The translations under genes and the position numbers were made by a program. DNA of 64,000 nucleotides from an uncultured Thermoleophilia bacterium. GTDB taxonomy: Bacteria; Actinomycetota; Thermoleophilia; Gaiellales; Gaiellaceae. Location: NCBI GenBank assembly GCA_963823265.1, contig CAWGLA010000011.1:57877-121876 (forward strand). Direction: 5' to 3'. The notes below the pieces were generated by a model that saw only the letters and a program-made list of their open reading frames with translations, was not told the origin of the DNA and made no database searches. Every line of letters begins with the position of its first letter. Within the stretch, counting starts at the first letter, position 1. Below, piece after piece: positions 19,907-32,962 of this stretch.

Positions 19907-20369
19907 GACCTGATTCTTCCATCAGCGCGTCGCCGAGGGCGCTTAGTCCCTTCAGGAACGCCGCCTGCTCGTCGGCGTCGAGCTTCGCGAGCGCCTGCTC
20001 GAGCGGCTTGCTGCGCCGCTCGAGCCAGCTCCGCACTGCGCTCGTCGTCTCCGCGTGCAGACGAACGACGGTGCGGCGGCGGTCGGCCGGGTCCTCGCGG
20101 CGTTCGATCAGTCGGTGCTCCTCGAGCTCCCGGGTCAGCTTGCTCACCGCCGGCAGGGAGAGGCCGAGCGCGGCGGCGAGCTCGGACACGGTCTGCTCCC
20201 CTTCGGTGCCGATGTGCGCGAGCAGGGCCACGTGCCGCCGTCCGAGGGGCGGGTCGCCGTGGACGAGCGCGAGCAGCTCGCCGGTCGGGCGCCGGCGGCC
20301 CCAGAGGCCGCGCATCACACGCCGGAGCGAAGCGCGGAGCTCGGCCAGTTGCTGCTCTTTTGTTATCAT
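19839..20369 (-). CDS. MarR-family transcriptional regulator
   Basis: [17 protein letters not shown]...[56 protein letters not shown]. The track ORF starts further upstream, and the ATG at 20369 was chosen. The 3' end overlaps dcd by 68 nt. Confidence 0.8.
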   Translation of the reverse strand: MITKEQQLAELRASLRRVMRGLWGRRRPTGELLALVHGDPPLGRRHVALLAHIGTEGEQTVSELAAALGLSLPAVSKLTRELEEHRLIERREDPADRRRTVVRLHAETTSAVRSWLERRSKPLEQALAKLDADEQAAFLKGLSALGDALMEESGRGPLRSHHRKAHRRRPDQDRSV

Positions 20370-20371
20370 CG

Positions 20372-20384
20372 GATAACTATTATC
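20372..20384. promoter_or_regulatory. AT-rich inverted repeat GATAA-cta-TTATC in the marR / small-ORF divergent region (possible operator)
   Basis: This is the only AT-rich island in the neighbourhood. It lies between the marR ATG (20369) and the divergent small ORF (20412). Confidence 0.3.
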
Positions 20385-20411
20385 GAAAGATAAGAGAGGA
20401 GGTGAGCGTAC

Positions 20412-20591
20412 ATGTGTGGAGGACACCATCATCGTCGCGGCCGTCGCGGCTACCCGAACCGGGAGCAGTGGGTCGAGCGGCTTCAGTCCTACCGCGACCA
20501 TCTCGAGGGCGAGCTCAAGAACGTCCAGGAGCTGATCGAGCGGCTTGGATCGCCGGCGGACGACACGCCCCAGCCGACGCAGTCGGCGTAG
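20412..20591 (+). CDS. small hypothetical protein (59 aa), not in the ORF track
   Basis: The RBS AGAGAGGAGGTGAGCGTAC precedes the ATG. The product is MCGGHHHRRGRRGYPNREQWVERLQSYRDHLEGELKNVQELIERLGSPADDTPQPTQSA. GC-rich third codon positions are consistent with coding sequence. Confidence 0.45.
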   Translation: MCGGHHHRRGRRGYPNREQWVERLQSYRDHLEGELKNVQELIERLGSPADDTPQPTQSA

Positions 20592-20604
20592 CAGCCGAGC
20601 CCGG

Positions 20605-22321
20605 CTACCTGTCGGCGCGCGTCTGCGATGCCGGCAGGTAGTACCGCTCGGTGTATTCGATCACGGCGCGTTGCATCGAGAACCGCGGGGCCAGGCGGGC
20701 GATCGAGCACTTCATCAGCTCGATCCAGGCGGCGCGATCCTCGAAGCGCGGCACGACGTCCTCCTCCAGGAGGTGGTAGAGCTCGGCGGCGTCACTCTCG
20801 TCGGAGTCGCCTGCGAGCGCCCAGCCGACCGACGGGTCGTATGCCTCGGCCCACCAGCCGTCGAGCACCGACAAGTTGGGGACGCCGTTGACGGCAGCCT
20901 TCATGCCGCTCGTTCCCGAGGCCTCGTGAGGCCTGCGCGGAGTGTTCAGCCAGATGTCGCAGCCGGGGATGATCGCCTGCGCGAGCTCGATGTTGTAGTT
21001 CTCGAGGAACACGACGTGCCCGGCGACGGCCGGGTCGCGAGAGAGCTCGACGATGTGCTGCATGACGTCCTTGCCCGGCCCATCCTGCGGATGCGCCTTG
21101 CCGGCGACGACCATCTGCACCGGCAGCGCGAGCAGCCGCTCGAGGTCGGAGTAGACGAGGCCCGCGCGCTTGTACGTGGCGAAGCGCCGTGCGAACCCGA
21201 TCGTGAGGCGGCCCGGGTCGATGCCGGCCAGATCCGCGAGCCGCTCCTTCAGCAGGGCATGCACCGACCACAGCGCGTCGGGGTCGAGATCGTGGACGGC
21301 CTCCCAGCCACCGTCCGCGGGCGGCGCCTCGGGGCGCACGCCGATCGAGCGCAGCAGCCCGGCGAGCTCCGGTGCGAGCCAGGTGCCGAGATGAACACCG
21401 TTCGTGACGTGGCCGATCGGGATCTCCGCTCCCGGCCAGAGCCCCGCCCACATCTCACGTGCGACCTTCCCGTGCAGCTCCGACACGCCGTTGGCGTAGG
21501 CCGACAGGCGAAGCGCGAGCGGCGTCAGGCCGAAGCCGTCCGTCTCGTCGCTGCGCCCGAGTGCGAGCAGGGCCGTCGGTGGAGAGCCCGGCCTCGGTCG
21601 CGAGGCCGCCGGCATAGCGGAGGACCAGCTTGTCCCCGAACACCTCGTTCCCCGCGGGGACCGGGGTGTGCGTCGTGAACACCGTCGAGCGCCGGATGTG
21701 GTCGAGCGCGGCGCTGCTCGTCATCCCCTGGGCGACGAGGATGCGCGCGCGCTCGAGCGCGAGGAACGCCGAATGTCCCTCGTTGACGTGGAAGACCGTC
21801 GGGTCGAGGCCGAGCGCGGCGAGGGCGCGCACACCGCCGACGCCGAGGAGCAGCTCCTGGCGAATCCGGTGCTCCCGGTCGCCCGAGTAGAGCGCGTCGG
21901 TGAGCAGATCGACGTCGAGCAGGTAGAGCGGCACGGTGGTCGCCGAGCCCGTGCCGACGTCGTAGCGCCACACGTCGGCCGTGACGGTCTCGCCGGCCAG
22001 GTCGACCTCGACGGTGACGGGCTCGCGGTGCAGGCCGAGTGCCTCCGGGTCGATCGCGGTGTACGTCTCCGTTTGGCGGCCCTCGTCGCTCAGCCCCTGG
22101 GTGAAGTAGCCACCCCGATAGAGCAGCCCGACGCCGACCAGCGGCAGCCCGAGCTCGGCCGCGGCCTTCAGGTGATCCCCTGCGAGGATGCCGAGGCCGC
22201 CCGAGTAGATCGGCAGGCGAACATCGACGCCGAACTCCATGCTGAAGTAGGCGACCAACAGGTCGCTGCCGTCCCGGGCCTGCGACCACCAGGTCGCGGC
22301 GGTGTCCGTCGTCTGTTCCAT
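20605..22321 (-). pseudogene. glgP: alpha-glucan (glycogen/maltodextrin) phosphorylase, GT35, frame-disrupted
   Basis: The N-terminus is MEQTTDTAATWW...AYFSMEFGV...IYSGGLGILAGDHLKAA...NEGHSAF (track 21455..22387). The C-terminus is ...ANGVSELHG...ARRFATYKRA...EASGTSGMKAAVNG (track 20605..21615). The switch is near 21575-21580. The length is 3n+1. Confidence 0.8.
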
Positions 22322-22358
22322 CGTGTTCAAGACCGCGACGAGGCTAGCGAAACTCGGC

Positions 22359-24431
22359 TCACCCGTTCGCCACGAACGTCGCGACACTCGAGACGGACAC
22401 GCTCCCGTCGAGTGCCCGTGCCACGGCGACCGCGTCGAGCTGCTCGTGTTTTTGGTAACGGGCCGGGTCGACGAACGCGCGGTAAGGAGCAGAATCGTCG
22501 ATCGCCAGGCGCTGCCAGGTCCCGCCCTTGCGGCGCAGCGCGAAGGTGACGCTCACCGGCTCCCCGGGCACCGTCGCCGCGAGCAGGTCGTAGGAGGTGA
22601 GCGGGTCGGGCGACTCCTTCAGCTTCGGCGCCGCCGGTGCCGTCTGCGGGACGGCCGCTGCGGGCGCAGCCACGAGCGCGGACACGGGCGGGATCGTCAG
22701 CGAGAGGCTCGTGCCCGTCTCTCCGGCGGTGCCGCTGCCGAACGCGAGCTGCCACGTGGTGTTCGGCGTTGCGACCGGGACTGTCACATGCGCGGCTGTG
22801 GTGCCGTTGTTGAACGCGGTCACCACTTCATGGCCGGTCGCGAAGTCGACCCGCGAGACGACGAGCACGGCGTCGGTCGCGCGCCGCACGATCGATGCGC
22901 CGGTGGAAAGAGTGGGGAACGCATCGCGAACGGCGGAGAGTTGCATCAGCTGCGCTTCGATCGGGTTGTCGGTGACGTCGAACGACGAGCCTTTGCCGAT
23001 CGGCGGCGAGCCGACCCGCGGCTCTGTCTGCCAGCTGCCCACGTGGGTCGGGAACATGTCCTCGCGCGCCGCCTGGTCGCCGCCAGACCCGATCATCCCC
23101 ACCTCGTCGCCGTACAGGAGGGACGGGGCGCCGCGCAGGAGATAGAGCAGGTCGTACCCGAGCAGCACGTGCTGGACGAGCGCGCTCCCGGTGAGCCCCG
23201 GCGCCTGCGAGAGGATCTGCTGAGCTCCCCGGCCCATGTCGTGGTTGCCGAGGAACGTCGTGAAGGCGGGGTCGATGCCGTTCGGGAGGCGGAAGTAGTC
23301 ATCGTCCTGGAGCCGGAAACCGACACCCTTGGCGCCCGTCGCGCCCGCTGCATAGGCGGTCACGACCTGCTGGAACGGGAAGTCGAGGACCTGGGGCAGC
23401 CCGCGGTCGCGAACGAAGGCCGCGAGGTCGACGGCGTCGTTCAGCGTCACCTCGCCGAAGATCGGGAAGTCTGAGCTGCCGGCCGCGCGGGCGGCCGCGC
23501 GGATCTTCGGTACCCAGAGCTCGAAGAACGCCGCGTTGACATGCTTCGCGGTGTCGACACGAAAGCCGTCGACGTGGAAGCGCGTGATCCACGACGAGTA
23601 GATCTGCGCGAGGCCGGTCACCACGTTCGGGCTTCTCGGTGAACAGGTCGTCGAGCCCGAAGAAGTCACCCTGTTCGAAGCACTGATGGCTGCACGAGCC
23701 GAAGTCGATGTTGCCGCGGTCGTGGTAGTTGAGGGGGTTGTTCAGCCATTCCGGCTTCTTCAGCGTGGCTGTCCGCCTTCAGGAGCAGCGGCGTCTCGCG
23801 GCATGGTCGACGCCTTGAGGCACGGGAAGCGCTTCGAGGCGACGTGGTTCGCCGGGTTGAACCGCTTGCCGTGGCAGTCGCGGTACGGCATGTCGCTGTA
23901 GGACGAGCCGTTCGTCAACTGGACGACGTCGGCGGTGTGGTTGACGACGACGTCGAGGTAGACCTTGAGGCCGAGGCCGTGTGCGGCGCCCACGAAGCCG
24001 GTGAAGTCCTGGTCGGTGCCGAGGTGGGGATCGACCGTCGTGAAGTCGAGGCCCCAGTAGCCGTGGTAGGCGGCGGTCCCGTTCTCGACCGGGTCCTGTT
24101 TGAGCACCGGCGTCACCCAGATCGCGGTGAAGCCGAGATCCTTGATCCGCTGCAGGTGCGCAGGTGAGGCCCTGCAGGTCGCCGCCGTGGTAGTAGCCGG
24201 TGCTCGACGGGTCGAATCCGGTCTACGCCCGTCGGCCCGCTCAGCCCACCGGTGTCGTTCTCCGTGTCGCCGTTCGCGTACCGGTCCGGCATGACGAAGT
24301 AGATCCGCTGCGAGGCCAGGGAGCTCTGCGTCGGCGGCTGCGAGAGCGCTGTGAGAACGGCGCCGGTGGGCGGGCCCGAGGCGCTGGTGGCGCCCGCTGC
24401 GGTCACGAGCGCAATCGCGACGGCGATTGCG

Positions 24432-24460
<29 letters not shown>
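22359..24460 (-). pseudogene. secreted GH13 alpha-amylase-family enzyme, multiply frame-disrupted
   Basis: The signal peptide is [24 protein letters not shown]. Also present are [12 protein letters not shown], region I (DVVVNHTA), region II (GFRVDTAKHV) and FLGNHDM. These pieces lie in at least 4 different track fragments. Switches are near 24228, 24165, 23765 and 23629-23631 (GGG run). Confidence 0.75.
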
Positions 24461-25616
<1,156 letters not shown>

Positions 25617-25661
25617 GAGTGACTTCCTTTCGATCGGCAGAAGAGTTCGCCCGGAAGGGAG

Positions 25662-27481
25662 TCACCTACAAACCCTCCAGATGTGGAACGCGGGACCGTC
25701 GGCAGGCAGGACGCCGTTCGAGGCGTCTTCGCCGTACAGGGTTTCGAGGTCGTGGAACGGAGTCGTCGATCGGCTCGTGCGTCGCGCGTGACGGCGAGCA
25801 CGAGCAGCTGCTCGTCGCGGGTCTCGCGCAGGAAGGCGATTGCGTCGGCCGACACGTGCACGTAGCGGATGCCGCCGCGCGCGAGCGCACTGCTCGAGCG
25901 GCGCAGGCGCGACGAGCGCGCGAATCTGCTCGAGGAAGGCGGTGTCCCACGACTCGTCGGCGCCCCACGGCATCGTGCGGCGCGCGTCCTCGCCCCAGGC
26001 GCCTTCGAGCCCGAGCTCGTCGCCTGCGAAGAGCATCGGCACGCCGGGCAGCGACATCTGCAGGCCGACGCCGACGAGGTGGCGGTCCGCCGGTGCCGGC
26101 GATCGTGCGGAAGCGGGCCGTGTCGTGGCTGTCGAGCAGGTTCCAGGAGTGGAGCACGGACTCCCAGGGCACGCCGGCGCGGAACCGCTGCAGCGCGGCG
26201 ACGGACTGCTCGCCGTCGAGCTGCGGGACGCCGACGCCGGTATGCCCCAGAACTGCTCCTGCTGCTCGGGCTCGGGATCGTCGCGCAGCAGCCACGTCCA
26301 GAGCGGGCGCAGGAAGCCGGAGTAGTTCATGACGCCGTGCCAGCCGCGCGCGGCGAGGTCGGGCCGGAAGTCGTGCCCGTGCTCGGCGATCAGGAGGCCG
26401 TCTCCGACCTGCTCGCGCGTCCACTTCGACACGTCGCGGTTCAGATCGAGGTCGCGGTAGCGGCCCGACCATGTTCGGCGACGTCGATCCGCCAGCCGTC
26501 GAGGCCGAGCTCGAGGTAGCGGCGCAGCACCGCGCCGAACCGCTCGTGCAGCTCCGGGCTCTGCCAGTCGAGCTTCGGCAGCGTACGGATGGCCGAGCCA
26601 CGACTCGTAGCCGCTGGGGAGGGACTCGTCGAAGTAGTAGAACGCGCGCTCGGGCGCGTTCGGGCCGGCCTGCGCGGCCAGGAACCACTCGTGCTCGTAG
26701 CCGGTGTGGTTGAGCGTGATGATCGCCGAGCAGCCGGATGCCGCGGGCGTGCGCGGCCGCGCGCGAGCGAGACTCGAGAGCGGCGTCGCCGCCGAGCAGC
26801 GGGTCGACGTGGGCGAAGCTCGTCGCGTCGTAGCGGTGCGTCGAGCTGGCCGGGAAGAACGGCGTCAGGTAGATGAGGTTCGCCCCGAGCGACTCGATGT
26901 GGTCGAGGTGCTGCTCGACGCCCGCGCAGGTCGCCGCCGTAGAGCTCGAACGGCGTCGGGCGGCCGCGGCCGGTCGGCAGCTCGTCCCAGCTGCGTCGGC
27001 ACGGCCCAGTCGGGCAGGTCGGTCGCGAGGCCCGGCGGCGGCGAAGCGGTCGGGGAAGATCTCGTAGACGACCGAGTCGAGGTGCCAGGCGGGGCCCCAG
27101 GTCGCCCGACGGTGATCACGAAGTCGTCCGAGTCCGCCACCTCGTGGCCGCACGTGCCGAGCGCGTTCACCCACGCGTAGCCGGCGCTCCCGCCCGAGAG
27201 CAGCCAGCGGTAGCGCGTGACCGGGTTCGCGAGCGGGAACTCGGCGCGCCACCAGACGTCGGTCTCGGTCTCCTCGTCGACGTCGCCTCGACGCCGCGCG
27301 GCTCGCCGTCGCGCTCGTAGCGCAGGAGCGACGCGGTCGGCGCTGGTCGCCCGCGGCAGACGCGCAGGCGGACGACCGCCTCGCCGCCGAGCTCGTCGGG
27401 CCGCTCGAGCGACGTGCAGATCCGAGCCGTCGTGATGCGGCTGGTCGAGCAGGAGTGCACCGACCTCGTGGACGCGCTCAT
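25662..27481 (-). pseudogene. cytoplasmic GH13 alpha-glucosidase / maltodextrin-glucosidase-like enzyme, multiply frame-disrupted
   Basis: Fragments read YEIFPDRFA, HLDHIESLGANLIYLTPFFPASSTHRYD, LIAEHGHDF, NLLDSHDTARF and MSLPGVPMLFAGDELG. They are spread over several frames. The ATG at 27481 overlaps the upstream permease stop (ATGA). Confidence 0.7.
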
Positions 27482-28452
27482 CCCTTGACCGCGCCGGCGG
27501 TCAGGCCGCTCACGATCCACTTCTGCAGGAACAGGAAGAGGACGACGACCGGGACGACCGCCATCAGCGACGCCGGCGGCGAACGGCCCCCAGCGCTGGC
27601 CGTACTGCTGGCTGATGAAGCCCTGCATCCCGACCGGCAAGCGTGAAGTGGCTCGTTCGTCTGCAAGAGCGCCGAGGCGAGGACGAACTCGTTCAGCGTG
27701 AAGACGAACGAGATCAGCGCGACGACCGACGAGCACCGGCGCGGCGAGCGGCAGGATCACGCCCCAGAAGATCTGCGCGGCGGTCGCGCCGTCGACGCGC
27801 GCCGACTCGTCGAGCTCCTTCGGGATCGTGTCGAAGAAGCCCTTCATGCAGCCACGTCTGCACGCCCATCGCGCCGCCGAGGTAGACGATGATCACCGCG
27901 AGCCTGCTTGTTGAGCCCGATCGGGTGGGAAGATCTCGCCGACGTTCAGCATCGAGCAGGTAGATCGCGGCGACCGCGACGGACTGCGGGAACATCTGGA
28001 TCAGGAGCAGGCCGACCATGCCCCATGCGCCGCCCTCTGAAGCGGAAGCGGCTGAACGCGTACGCGGCGAGCGCGCCGAGCATCGTCGCGAACGAGCGCC
28101 GTCGCGCCGGCGATGATCATCGAGTTGAGCACCCAGCTGAGGATAGGGCGCGTCTGCTTTGCCGCCGCCGCTCGTCTTGACGTTGTTGTGCAGCAGGTTC
28201 GCCGAAGTTGTGCAGCGTCACGTGCGTGGGGATCACCTGCGCGCTCTGCAGCGGCTGTTGTCGCGGTTGAACGCCGACGAGACGATGAAGACGACGGGGA
28301 AGAGCGGCGATCGCAGACCGCGAACAGCGCCGACGAGATGCCGCCACCAGTTGCCCTTGAAGCTTCAACCGCGGCCGCGGCCCGCGTTGCGCGCACGCGT
28401 CGACCTTCGCGACTGCGGTGGGCTGTGAGCTCTGATCGCTCGGTCGTGTCAT
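27478..28452 (-). pseudogene. carbohydrate ABC transporter permease (MalG-like), multiply frame-disrupted
   Basis: Fragments read WVLNSMIIAGATAL, MVGLLLIQMFPQSVAVAAIYLL, KGFFDTIPKELDESARVDGATAAQIFWGVILPLAAP (EAA loop) and VVPVVVLFLFLQKWIVSGLTAGAVKG. They lie in different frames. Confidence 0.7.
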
Positions 28453-30096
28453 GCCAGGTTCTCCAATGATTTCGGTCGGTAGAAGAGATCGCCGAGATGC
28501 CGTGCCGACGATGAAGAAGATGATGATCGCGACCGCACTTGCCAGAGCGCGAAGTCCTGGCCCCTTTCCCGTGGCGATCGCGAGCTTGTAGGTGTAGCTG
28601 ATCAGGATGTCGGTGTGCCCGCGACCGAGGAGTCGCCCGTGTACGGGCCGCCGCCGGTCAGGAGATAGATGTTGCCGAAGTTGTTGAAGTTGAACGCGAA
28701 CGAGGCGATCATCAGCGGCGCGACGGCGACGAGGAGCAGCGGCAGCGTGACGCGGCGGAAGACTGCCCAGGCGCCGCCGCCGTCGACGCGTGCGGCCTCG
28801 GTGAGCTCCTGCGGGATCGACTGCAGGGCAGCCCAGTCGAGACGAGGAAGAAATAGGGCGTCGTCAGCCAGACGCTGACGAGGATGACCGCGATGCGCGG
28901 CCAGCTATGAACGGCGCCAGAGAGGTTGCCGCCGAACAGCCACGGCACGTGGATGCCGAACAGCCGGTTGACGACCCCGAAGTCGTCGTTCAGGAGGCCC
29001 GCCCAGACGAGCAGGCAGAGGAAGCCGGGCATCGCCCACGGGAGATCAGAGCACGGAGCGGTAGAAGCCGCTGGAAGCGCAGCCCCTGCTTGTCGAGTGC
29101 GATCGCGAGGAAGAGACCGACGGCGAAGGAGACGAAGACGGTCGACGCTCGCGAAGACGAACGTCCAGAGGAGGATCGTCAGAAACGGCTTCCGGTACAG
29201 CGGGTCGTGGACGATCTGGCCGAAGTTGCGGAAGCCGACATGCGTCTTCCAGCCCGGCTCGAGCTCGTCCGTGCCGTTGACGAACGAGCCGCGGCCCGTT
29301 GTCGTGGAACACCGCGCCGTCGGTGATCCGCACGAACACGTTGTGCTTCGAGTCGTAGCGCAGCGTCGGCTGCAGCTCGACGGCCTGATCGCGGCGCCCT
29401 GCGCCTGGATCGCCGCGTCGCCGTGCGTCGGGATCGTAGTCGCCGCAGCTGCTGGTCGAGCGAGAAGAGCTCGGCGCCCTTGATCAGCGTGTAGCCCTTG
29501 GCGGCGGTCGGCTGGACGTGTCGGGCGCGATCGTGACGTCGCTCTTCGCGAGCTCGGTCAGCCCCTTCGTCGTGCCGACGTAGACCGCCGCCCGGGCGTC
29601 GTCGCGGAGCAGCAGGACGAGGTTGCCCGACGAGTCGCGTGCGGGCGCGGCCTCGTACTGCTTGCCGTTCGCGGGCGGCTCGAGCGAGTTGATCTTGATC
29701 GCCTCGATCGCCGGCGCCTTGTCGATGACGTGGCCGGTCGAGTAGTTCGAGAAGGCGATCTCGATCGTGAAGAGGACCGGGACGATCTGGAACCCGATCA
29801 GGAAGACCGTGCCCGGGATCAGGAACTTCAACGGCAGCGTCTTGCGCCGCGGCGTCGAGGTAGACCGGGTCGATCGCGAGGGTCGCCGACGACGAGCATC
29901 GGCAACGCGCCGGCCAGTGGCTGTGGCGAGACAGGACGTAGGCGGCCCAGACGCGAGCGCGTTCGTGAGCGAGAGCAGCGACGATCTTGATCACGAAGCC
30001 CACGCTGCCCGAGAAGAAGGCGACCCCGCGCGAGATCCGTCCCGGCCGGAACGGCGCGCTCGGCAGGCGGGGGTCGGGGCGGTTGTCGGCGCTCAC
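28449..30096 (-). pseudogene. carbohydrate ABC transporter permease (MalF-like, with large periplasmic loop), multiply frame-disrupted
   Basis: Fragments read FSGSVGFVIKIVAAL, KFLIPGTVFLIGFQIVPVLFTIEIAFSNYSTGH, PGFLCLLVWAGLLNDDFGVVN and [13 protein letters not shown]. The start (GTG at 30096) and the end are inferred. Confidence 0.65.
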
Positions 30097-30118
30097 GGAA
30101 TGCTCGAGGGGAGAAGAC

Positions 30119-30146
30119 GGAGCGGGCGCCCGCAGGCGCCCGCTCC
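30119..30146 (-). other. intercistronic 12-bp GC stem-loop between the malE-like and malF-like genes
   Basis: GGAGCGGGCGCC cgca GGCGCCCGCTCC is a perfect inverted repeat. Confidence 0.35.
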
Positions 30147-30165
30147 GGAGCTTGATCGTTCGGAC

Positions 30166-31412
30166 TAGCCGATCTTGTGCGGAGATGCTGCGCGCCGCGC
30201 CCTTGAAGGAGCTGCGCGGCCGGCATCGCGCCTGCGCCCTTCGTCGAGCGGACCCACGCCTGGCCGAGATCGCTCCAGACCAGCTCATCTGGGGGATGTT
30301 CGGCATCGGGACGCCGCCCTTGCGACGCGTTGCCGAACTGGGCCAGCATCGGCGTCGATCGACCTTCGCCTTGATGTTCGCCGGGGGCGCGGCCGTCCGC
30401 AGCAGCGAGCTGCGTCTGTGCGCAGGGCGTCGCGAAGAAGTTCATGACGAGGTCCTTGGCCGCCGAGTCGACGCCGTGCGTCGCCGCGAACTTGGTGACC
30501 ATCATGCCGTTGACGCCGAGGAACGGCACCGAGGCCTTGGCGATCGGCGGCACCTGGACCGCCTTGAACGACACGCCCGCCTTCTGGATGTCGGAGACGG
30601 CCCACGGGCCGGTGACCCAGAACGGCGGTCTGCGCCTTCGTGAACGCGTCTGTCGCAGTCGGAGTCGTCCGTCTTCGCGTTGATCAGGCCTTCCTTGTTC
30701 CACTTGTCGATCAGGTGTCGAGTTCTTGAGTGAACGTCGGATTTGCGACGCCGACGTCCTTCGGGTTCGAGGTTTCCGGCCTTGTTGGTGCCGAAGACGT
30801 AGCCGCCGAGACCCGAGAAGAACGGGTACATGTGGTACGCGTCTCCGCCCGAGCCCTGCTGGACGCAGATGCCGAAGGACAGGTGCGTCGCTTCTTCTTG
30901 GCGGCGAGCGCCTCGGTCTCGAGCTGCGCGAAGGTCGTCGGGACCTTGGCGAGCTTGGTGTTCACGAGGAGGGCGATGTTCTCGACCTGCACCGGGATGC
31001 CGTACAGCTTCTTGACGGCGGTGCCGTACGAGAACGCGTCCAGCGTGTACTGACGGGAACTGCGCTGCGACGGCCTTGCTCGGGAAGAGCGGCACCACGA
31101 GGCCGTTCGCGGCCAGCTGGCCGGTCCAGTCATGTGCGGCCACGACGACGTCCGGGGCGTCCGCCGCAGCGACGGTGCCGAGATTGTCGCGATGTCGCCG
31201 AAGTTCTTCGTCACGACCTGGATCGTCGCGCCGTTGGAGGCGGCCCAGGTCGTTCGCGACCTTGGTGACGGAGGCAGCGCGATTCGCATCGGTCCAGATG
31301 ACGATCGTCGGCCCCGCCTTGTGCGCACGCAACGTGCTGACGTTGCGGCCACGGCGCCGATCGCCGCGACCACGCCAAGCAGCGCCCACATGCGCTTGAG
31401 CGAGTTCTGCAT
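30166..31412 (-). pseudogene. extracellular solute-binding protein (maltose/maltodextrin MalE-like), multiply frame-disrupted
   Basis: The signal peptide is MQNSLKRMWALLGVVAAIGAVAATSA. Fragments read DAPDVVVAAHDWTGQLAANGLVVPL, YTLDAFSYGTAVKKLYGIPVQVENIALLVNTKLAKVPTTFAQLE, FWVTGPWAVSDIQKAGVSFKAVQVPP and FLGVNGMMVTKFA. They lie in several frames. The 3' end is approximate. Confidence 0.7.
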
Positions 31413-31604
31413 CAGAGATTTGCCCTTCTATTCTTGGGGAGAGCTATGACAGGGGCCGGCTGGGGGCAGGCACCTGGCGGAAGTGTAGAGCGCCTTTGCC
31501 TCGCACTGGCCGAAATTGAGCCAGCTGGGTCATCCGGATGGCCTCGAGGCTGAAGCCCGACTATTCAGCCATGCAGGAGCTGACCCGTCCGCTACGCTCG
31601 GCCC

Positions 31605-32930
31605 ATGGCCACGACCCGCGCGATCGAGCTGAAGACCGAGATCCCCGGCCCCCGCTCGCGCGAGGTGCTCGACCGCCTGGAGGCCAGCGTCGCCTCGCCG
31701 CTCGCGATCACCTTCCCGCTCGTCGCCGCCGAGGCGCGCGGCGCGGCGATCACCGACCTCGACGGGAACACCTTCATCGACTTCACGGGCGGCGTCGGCT
31801 GCCTGAACGTCGGCCACTCCCATCCGCACGTCGTCGCAGGCCGCGCAGGAGCAGCTCGAGCACTTCATCCACACCGACTTCACGGTCGTGCCCGTACGAG
31901 AACTACGCGACCCTCGCCGAGCGCCTGCTCGCTCGCGCGCCGATCAGCGGGCCCGCCAAGGCGGCGTTCTTCAACGCCGGCACCGAGGCGGTCGAGAATG
32001 CCGTCAAGTTCGCGCGCGCCTTCACCGGGCGCCACGCGGTGATCGGGTTCGAGGGCGCCTTCCACGGCCGGACGCTATCTGTCGCTCGCGCTGACCTCGA
32101 AGACGCATCCCGTACAAGGCAGGGGCTCGGCCCGTTCGCGCCCGAGGTCTACCGCGTGCCCTTCCCGAACGCGTTCCGCGGCCCGTCGGCCGACGAGGCG
32201 CTCGCTGCGCTGCGCCGTGCGTTCTCGACGCTCGTCGCCGCCGAGGACGTCGCCGCGATCGTCTTCGAGCCGGTCCAGGGCGAAGGCGGGTTCATCCCGG
32301 CGACGCTCGAGTTCGTGCGAGGGCCTGCGTGAGATCTGCGACGAGCACGGCATCGTCCTCGTCTGCGACGAGGTGCAGAGCGGCTTCGCGCGCACCGGCC
32401 GCTTCTTCGCGATCGAGCACTTCGGCGTCGAGCCCGACCTGATCACGGTCGCCAAGTCGATCGCGATGGGCATGCCGCTCTCCGGCGTCCTCGGACAGGG
32501 CGGAGATCATGGACGCGCCCGCGGAGGGCGGCGTCGGCGGCACCTATGTCGGCAACCCGGTCGCCCAGGCGGCCGCGCTCGCCGTGCTCGACGTGATCGA
32601 GGAGGAGGGGCTCGTCGAGCCGCTCGGCCGCGCTCGGCGAGACGATGCGGGCGCGCCTCGAGTCGTGGCAGGCGCGCTGGCCGCAGGTCGGCGACGTGCG
32701 CGGTCTCGGGCGCGATGCTGGCGATCGAGCTCGTCGAGGACGGCGGGAAGGTTCCCGGCGACCGAGCTCGCCTCGCGGGTCGTCGACGAGGCGCTCGCGC
32801 GCGGGCTGCTGCTGCTCAAGGCCGGAGTGGCGGGCAACTGCATTCGGGTGCTCGTGCCGCTCGTCATCTCGGACGCCGAGCTCGACGAGGCGCTCGACGT
32901 CTGGGAAACGCTCTGGCAGCCGCGCTTTAG
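31605..32930 (+). pseudogene. gabT: 4-aminobutyrate aminotransferase-like class III aminotransferase, multiply frame-disrupted
   Basis: Pieces read MATTRAIELKTEIPGPRSREVL...GGVGCLNVGHSHPHVVA, PYENYATLAERLL...[73 protein letters not shown] and [26 protein letters not shown]. Frame switches include the single-base runs at 31839-31840, 31891-31893 and 32109-32111. Confidence 0.75.
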
Positions 32931-32962
32931 AGCAGACGAGCCGGGGGTAGGCTCACCGCCGC

